A stretch of DNA of 64,000 nt. Origin: Rhodosorus marinus CCMP1338. Taxonomy: Eukaryota; Plantae; Rhodophyta. Within the stretch, counting starts at the first letter, position 1, and the number at the start of each line of letters is the position of its first letter. This document shows positions 59,881 to 64,000 of this stretch, piece after piece. Made by a program: the position numbers and the translations under genes. The stretch is taken from the NCBI GenBank assembly GCA_029953675.1, contig JAMWBK010000011.1, positions 868,001 to 932,000 of the forward strand, in the 5' to 3' direction. The notes beneath the pieces are model-generated. The model had not been told where the DNA came from. It saw only the letters and a list, made by a program, of their open reading frames with translations, and searched no databases.

Positions 59881-60426
59881 ATGAGTATATTTGTATTGAA
59901 CGTGAGGTTGCCGAAATCAGCTATGGATTGTTTGGATTTGAGCTCTGGAGTGGAGACTTGGGCGGACTGGGAGGTTTCCTCTGCGACTGTACCGTCTTCG
60001 GATGTTGCTGATGAGTTTGAGAATGCTGCGCTGGCAGAAGAAATCATGAACGAGGTGCTTTCTGGCAGTCTTCCGACAGTGCTTGGCCTCGAGGATTCAC
60101 GTGAATTTGCAGATGAGTTCTGTACGTCCGACTTTGAAAGTTCTTCGGAATCGTCTTCGTGTACGATTTCCGTTTGTGAGGAACAAGATGTCTCCCACCA
60201 CTGCCGTGCACCTGTGTCCAAGCCCTCAAAGAAGCGGGTGTACAAGAAAGAGGCATGCCCGGTGTGCAACGAGGTATTCTTCCGGCGACACGAGATGATG
60301 AGACACCTCAAGGCATCGCACCTGAAGATAAAACCATTTCAGTGCTCCTTCTGCCCGAAGAAGTTCGCGAGAAATTCCCATGTCAAATCGCACGAGAGCA
60401 GGATTCACCTCAAACCCGCAGTCTGA
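59881..60426 (+). CDS. Small C2H2 zinc-finger transcription factor (2 fingers, acidic N-terminus); start may be at 59923
   Basis: CPVCNEVFFRRHEMMRHLKASH, linker LKIKPFQ, CSFCPKKFARNSHVKSHESRIH. Confidence 0.88.
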   Translation: MSIFVLNVRLPKSAMDCLDLSSGVETWADWEVSSATVPSSDVADEFENAALAEEIMNEVLSGSLPTVLGLEDSREFADEFCTSDFESSSESSSCTISVCEEQDVSHHCRAPVSKPSKKRVYKKEACPVCNEVFFRRHEMMRHLKASHLKIKPFQCSFCPKKFARNSHVKSHESRIHLKPAV

Positions 60427-62292
60427 TCCTTTGCACAGAACAAGCCGCCGGCGTTCACAATGTCGAAGGCTATTCGAGAACGATGGCGGAAGGTCTTCAA
60501 CAGCGGAAACGACCCTGTTTGCACATTGTAAAATATCAACTTGCCAACTGCAGCAAACTAATCCGATTATCAACGGACACGTCCGGATCATTGGACTTAT
60601 CAATCAACAACACAATTTCAATCAATTTTGGCCCCTATTTTCGCTGCACAGTTTCGATACGTAAAATTTATTAAACAAATCAGTGATTAATGAAATTGAT
60701 CGTGTTACAACCTGTGTGGTTCTGGAGTTGAATCGCGATTATTTCTGACCTTGACAGGCTGTCACTTCAAGTTATGAATTTTCTGAAAGGCAGACTTAAA
60801 GAAGACATCTCTTGGTCTATTCCTTGTCCTCAGGCTATGCGATATCTTCCCACACGTGCACAACATCGTGGTGCTGCCGCTGGTTCAATGCGACGACTGA
60901 AGGAGTCTCAGTGCGCTTAGGTGATGACTCATCGGTTTTATATCCCTGATCATTGAGTAGGTGCTTTACAGGGTACGTAGATAGAGGGATAGAGAAACAA
61001 GAGGGAATATTTACAGCAAACGGCATAGTTAAATTCTTGAGATCGGAGAGCTCTTGATTGGATTGGATTCTGTTGCGTGTTGTTGTGAGCACCGTGGGAT
61101 CGCTTTGATCGACTTCACCGGAATGAGTTTCACGAGAACGGGGTTGTTCTTGCCGAAACCTCTTTGTCCGGTAGCTTTGGAGACGAGGAGGTTTCATCGG
61201 TAGTCGCTAAAGGAGTCCACTTCGGCTCTAAAGTATTGTGTTTTATTTCTTATAGCTTAGGCTTGGAATATGCGGCACATCGAATCACCGCTTATCCAAC
61301 ACTCGTGCAAATAGATGGCTCGTGCGAATAAGCAATCGTGTTCGATTGGTTGCTGGATCATAGAATCTGAAGGATTGAAAAAGCAAGGCTTGTCTCGTAC
61401 CGAAAAATGTGTATGCCCACTACCATTCTGATTCTATGATTCAGATACCGGTGCCGGTATCACGCGAGTACTTATTCGTACGAATGTTTTTAACACCACG
61501 GTCTATGGTGGGGACCGAGTCTTGGTTTGGCTAACGCAGTGTTAAGGGCTACCCGGGGCGTAATCCGTACGAAGTACGAGGAACTTTATCGTTCAATCAG
61601 AGGCGGCGGTATCCAGCCTCGGCGGGCAAGCTTGCAAAAGTATCGCCACTGATCCACCCTGACCCGACGTAGAAGTATGAGATAGTAGGCCTCTAGCGAT
61701 GGTCAGCAGCACATGGGCGAAGACACTCCTTCAAGGTCACCGTTCTTTTCGCATTGGAAGGAAAGTAGTAGAACGGTTCTGGAAGGAGTAGCTGTATTTG
61801 TAGTGAAAAGTAAAGGTGGATTCTTGAGGCGGGTGGTGGGGGGAAGAGTTTCACGAAGGTGGGGTAGCTTGTGTCGAGCTCTAGACGGAGGGTATATGGC
61901 GATTTGGGAATAAGAGATTTTTACTAGTGAATTCCAATTGAGCTCTTATATACTGCGGTTTGAAATAGGAGTCGGATCGAGGTAGCAAGGTGGATTCAGC
62001 ACAAAAAGCGTGTTGATTTGTAAAGTAGAGCGTCCGAAGCTGATCGAGGACGATTCTATCCAAAGGCGTCCGTTGGTAGACTTGCTCGGGGTGGTAAAGG
62101 CTGTGGCGCTGATGTAGAGTTCAAGACACAGGTGTCGTGAGGGGATACGCCGACGAAATTGTTGAGACAAAAAGTGCTTGTGAGTTTTACTTGATTTGAT
62201 TATCTAGAAGTTGAAAGTATGTTCGGTTTTTGTCTATTTTTCAAATTTGCCCTTTTCTCCCCGGTGGTCAGGTTGGGTTTCCACCGCTCAAG

Positions 62293-63876
62293 CTAATTCT
62301 GGTAGTGGTAGTTGACCTCAACGTCCACCCAACGAGAGCACCTGGATGGACTGTCACAGACCTTGACAATGTAGGGCTGGGTTCCCTGAAGGACTGGATT
62401 GTTCAACTGGAATGTTCTCATCGGAAGGAGGGTATCATCCCCGCTAGTTGTGTCGTGGTCCTTGGTTGAAACGGCGAAGGATTTGAACGACCTGTAGCCG
62501 AGCGAGCTGGCGTAGTTCCAGACGGGATTATGGTTTCCTCTGATAGTAGGTGTCTTCATGGTGACTGTCCTTCCGTCCACGTCAGTTGCCACAATAGTTA
62601 CGTATGGATCAGAGTCACCTGCACCAAAACCGTCCTTGTCCGGAAGGTTGTGTCCTCCGAGTACCTTGAGGATGAGCTTTCCGAACGGGCGCTCGCAGTT
62701 TACGCCAGTGAACCCACGCGGGCAGTTGCATACGTAGTCTGCTTCGAGATCTACGCATTCTCCTCCATTCTCGCAAGGGTTTCTTGCGCATTCATCACGG
62801 TCCGCGGTCAACTCTGTCCTAAACCTTAGCACGCCCTTGTCCGTCGCTCCTGACGAGTGGTACATGACGTTTTGGGATGATCCAATTCTAACAGGGAATA
62901 TTTGGCTGTAGAAGATCAAGTCGTCATCAGACCCGCTGTCGTCATCGAGGACGTGGACCCTATAGTACATCCATTCGTCAACGTTGAAATCGATCTTCTG
63001 GTTCCATTCGGGATTGTTGTTGTCACGGATCACTCTCGTCTGCTGGGTAACCTTGTGTCCGGCGGCGTTGTAAGCTTCCACTTTGACGTACGTATCTGGT
63101 CTCGACCTACCGAAGTAGATGCTAGGGTCCTTATCCGGCAATCCCTCCGCGCGCTGAATGGTGATCGAGAACCTCCCGTTAGTACCCGTTCCCGGACAGG
63201 TGTACATTCTGTTGAGCGTCAGGATGTCGCTTGAGGTCAGGTCGGTTGAGCCTCCCAACGGGTATGCGGGGTTGTACTTGTAGGTCAGAGTCCTGCGGCC
63301 GTTTCCACTCAAGAAATTGTTTCCATAGTGCATGATCGATCTGGTGTCATATCGTACACCGTAATGATCAACATCGCTCCACGACTCCTTGTCGAACTGT
63401 TTTTCGTATAGGTCGTCGTCTGTTCTCACGTTATTGAGGTGCACGTTGAGGTAGGAATCACGGTCTGGGCGGTTGTGTTCGTGGAAGAGGCCAAGAGCGT
63501 GTCCGATCTCATGTACAATCTCCGTGTAGGTGTTTTCAAAGCCATCGTCGCATCCCGATCCAAAGTTGACCGTCTGAACACCTCCCTTAAAACCAATAGT
63601 CTCCGAGAAGCATCTCGGTTCGCTAGCCTGGAATCGGATCCTGTTCCGCGCACGTGTGGACTCGATGAAATTTAGACACGTCGTTTCCTGGTACCGCTTG
63701 CTGCTTCTCTTGATATCGGTTTCCTGCCTGTACGACAGACTCGAGTCGAGCTCGTAGAACACCGTACGATGGGGCCACTTCCTGCTGTCTGATCGAACTG
63801 CTGCCGATCCACTACTAAACTCGATCACCGAGGCGATCGCAGCCATCGTCAATAGTATCTTCACCATTCCAGCCAT
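62293..63876 (-). CDS. Secreted astacin-like (M12A) metalloprotease - C2 - EGF - C2, catalytic motif intact (copy 2)
   Basis: Signal peptide. [19 protein letters not shown] and Met-turn SIMHY. C2 domains with Asp-rich loops ([17 protein letters not shown]; [17 protein letters not shown]). [37 protein letters not shown]. Confidence 0.94.
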   Translation of the reverse strand: MAGMVKILLTMAAIASVIEFSSGSAAVRSDSRKWPHRTVFYELDSSLSYRQETDIKRSSKRYQETTCLNFIESTRARNRIRFQASEPRCFSETIGFKGGVQTVNFGSGCDDGFENTYTEIVHEIGHALGLFHEHNRPDRDSYLNVHLNNVRTDDDLYEKQFDKESWSDVDHYGVRYDTRSIMHYGNNFLSGNGRRTLTYKYNPAYPLGGSTDLTSSDILTLNRMYTCPGTGTNGRFSITIQRAEGLPDKDPSIYFGRSRPDTYVKVEAYNAAGHKVTQQTRVIRDNNNPEWNQKIDFNVDEWMYYRVHVLDDDSGSDDDLIFYSQIFPVRIGSSQNVMYHSSGATDKGVLRFRTELTADRDECARNPCENGGECVDLEADYVCNCPRGFTGVNCERPFGKLILKVLGGHNLPDKDGFGAGDSDPYVTIVATDVDGRTVTMKTPTIRGNHNPVWNYASSLGYRSFKSFAVSTKDHDTTSGDDTLLPMRTFQLNNPVLQGTQPYIVKVCDSPSRCSRWVDVEVNYHYQN

Positions 63877-64000
63877 TTCTGATGCTTCTATTGTTCTTTG
63901 CCTTGTTGTAGTCTCTTTGTTCTGTTCTCCTTACTATTCACTGTCTTGACATGCAATTCGAACCCACCGGTGCTGGGGTTCATCGGTTGACTCTATAAAT

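Noticed and set aside
60700-62290. Fragmentary minus-strand ORFs between the small C2H2 gene and astacin copy 2
   Set aside because: One plausible exon (RFYDPATNRTRLLIR) could not be linked in phase to its neighbours; unresolved without transcripts.

Overview
This is eukaryotic nuclear DNA, most consistent with a compact red algal genome (inference from short 79-152 bp GT-AG introns, red-algal-style plastid transit peptides such as MAFVGS, MAGFV and MDLGFVGS, and plastid housekeeping genes; the species cannot be determined here). The window has about 21 supportable protein genes. The left 12 kb is a tandem array of four intronless paralogues, each with an unrecognised ~250-aa N-terminal domain (RPCxxC-x6-CxC motif) fused to four C2H2 fingers. 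One is cut off by the window edge and one carries a +1 frameshift. The middle is mostly housekeeping: MnSOD, CSP41b, NDUFS8, xylulokinase, a plastid RelA/SpoT homologue with a dead hydrolase motif, a Trx-like 2Fe-2S ferredoxin-TPR protein, KLHDC4/Kel3, mTERF, an SDR, Sas10/Utp3, a CTD-type phosphatase and a P/U-type cyclin. It also holds two duplicated secreted 11-Cys proteins. The right part has two secreted astacin-C2-EGF-C2 proteins with no visible propeptide, one catalytically intact and one with substituted catalytic residues; this pair is the most unusual element. Mobile DNA comprises three 124-bp MITEs with 7-bp target-site duplications and a decayed RLE-type non-LTR retrotransposon 3' end. 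No intact tRNA, rRNA or CRISPR array was found. All exon models were derived by hand from splice signals and reading-frame continuity and are not transcript-verified.
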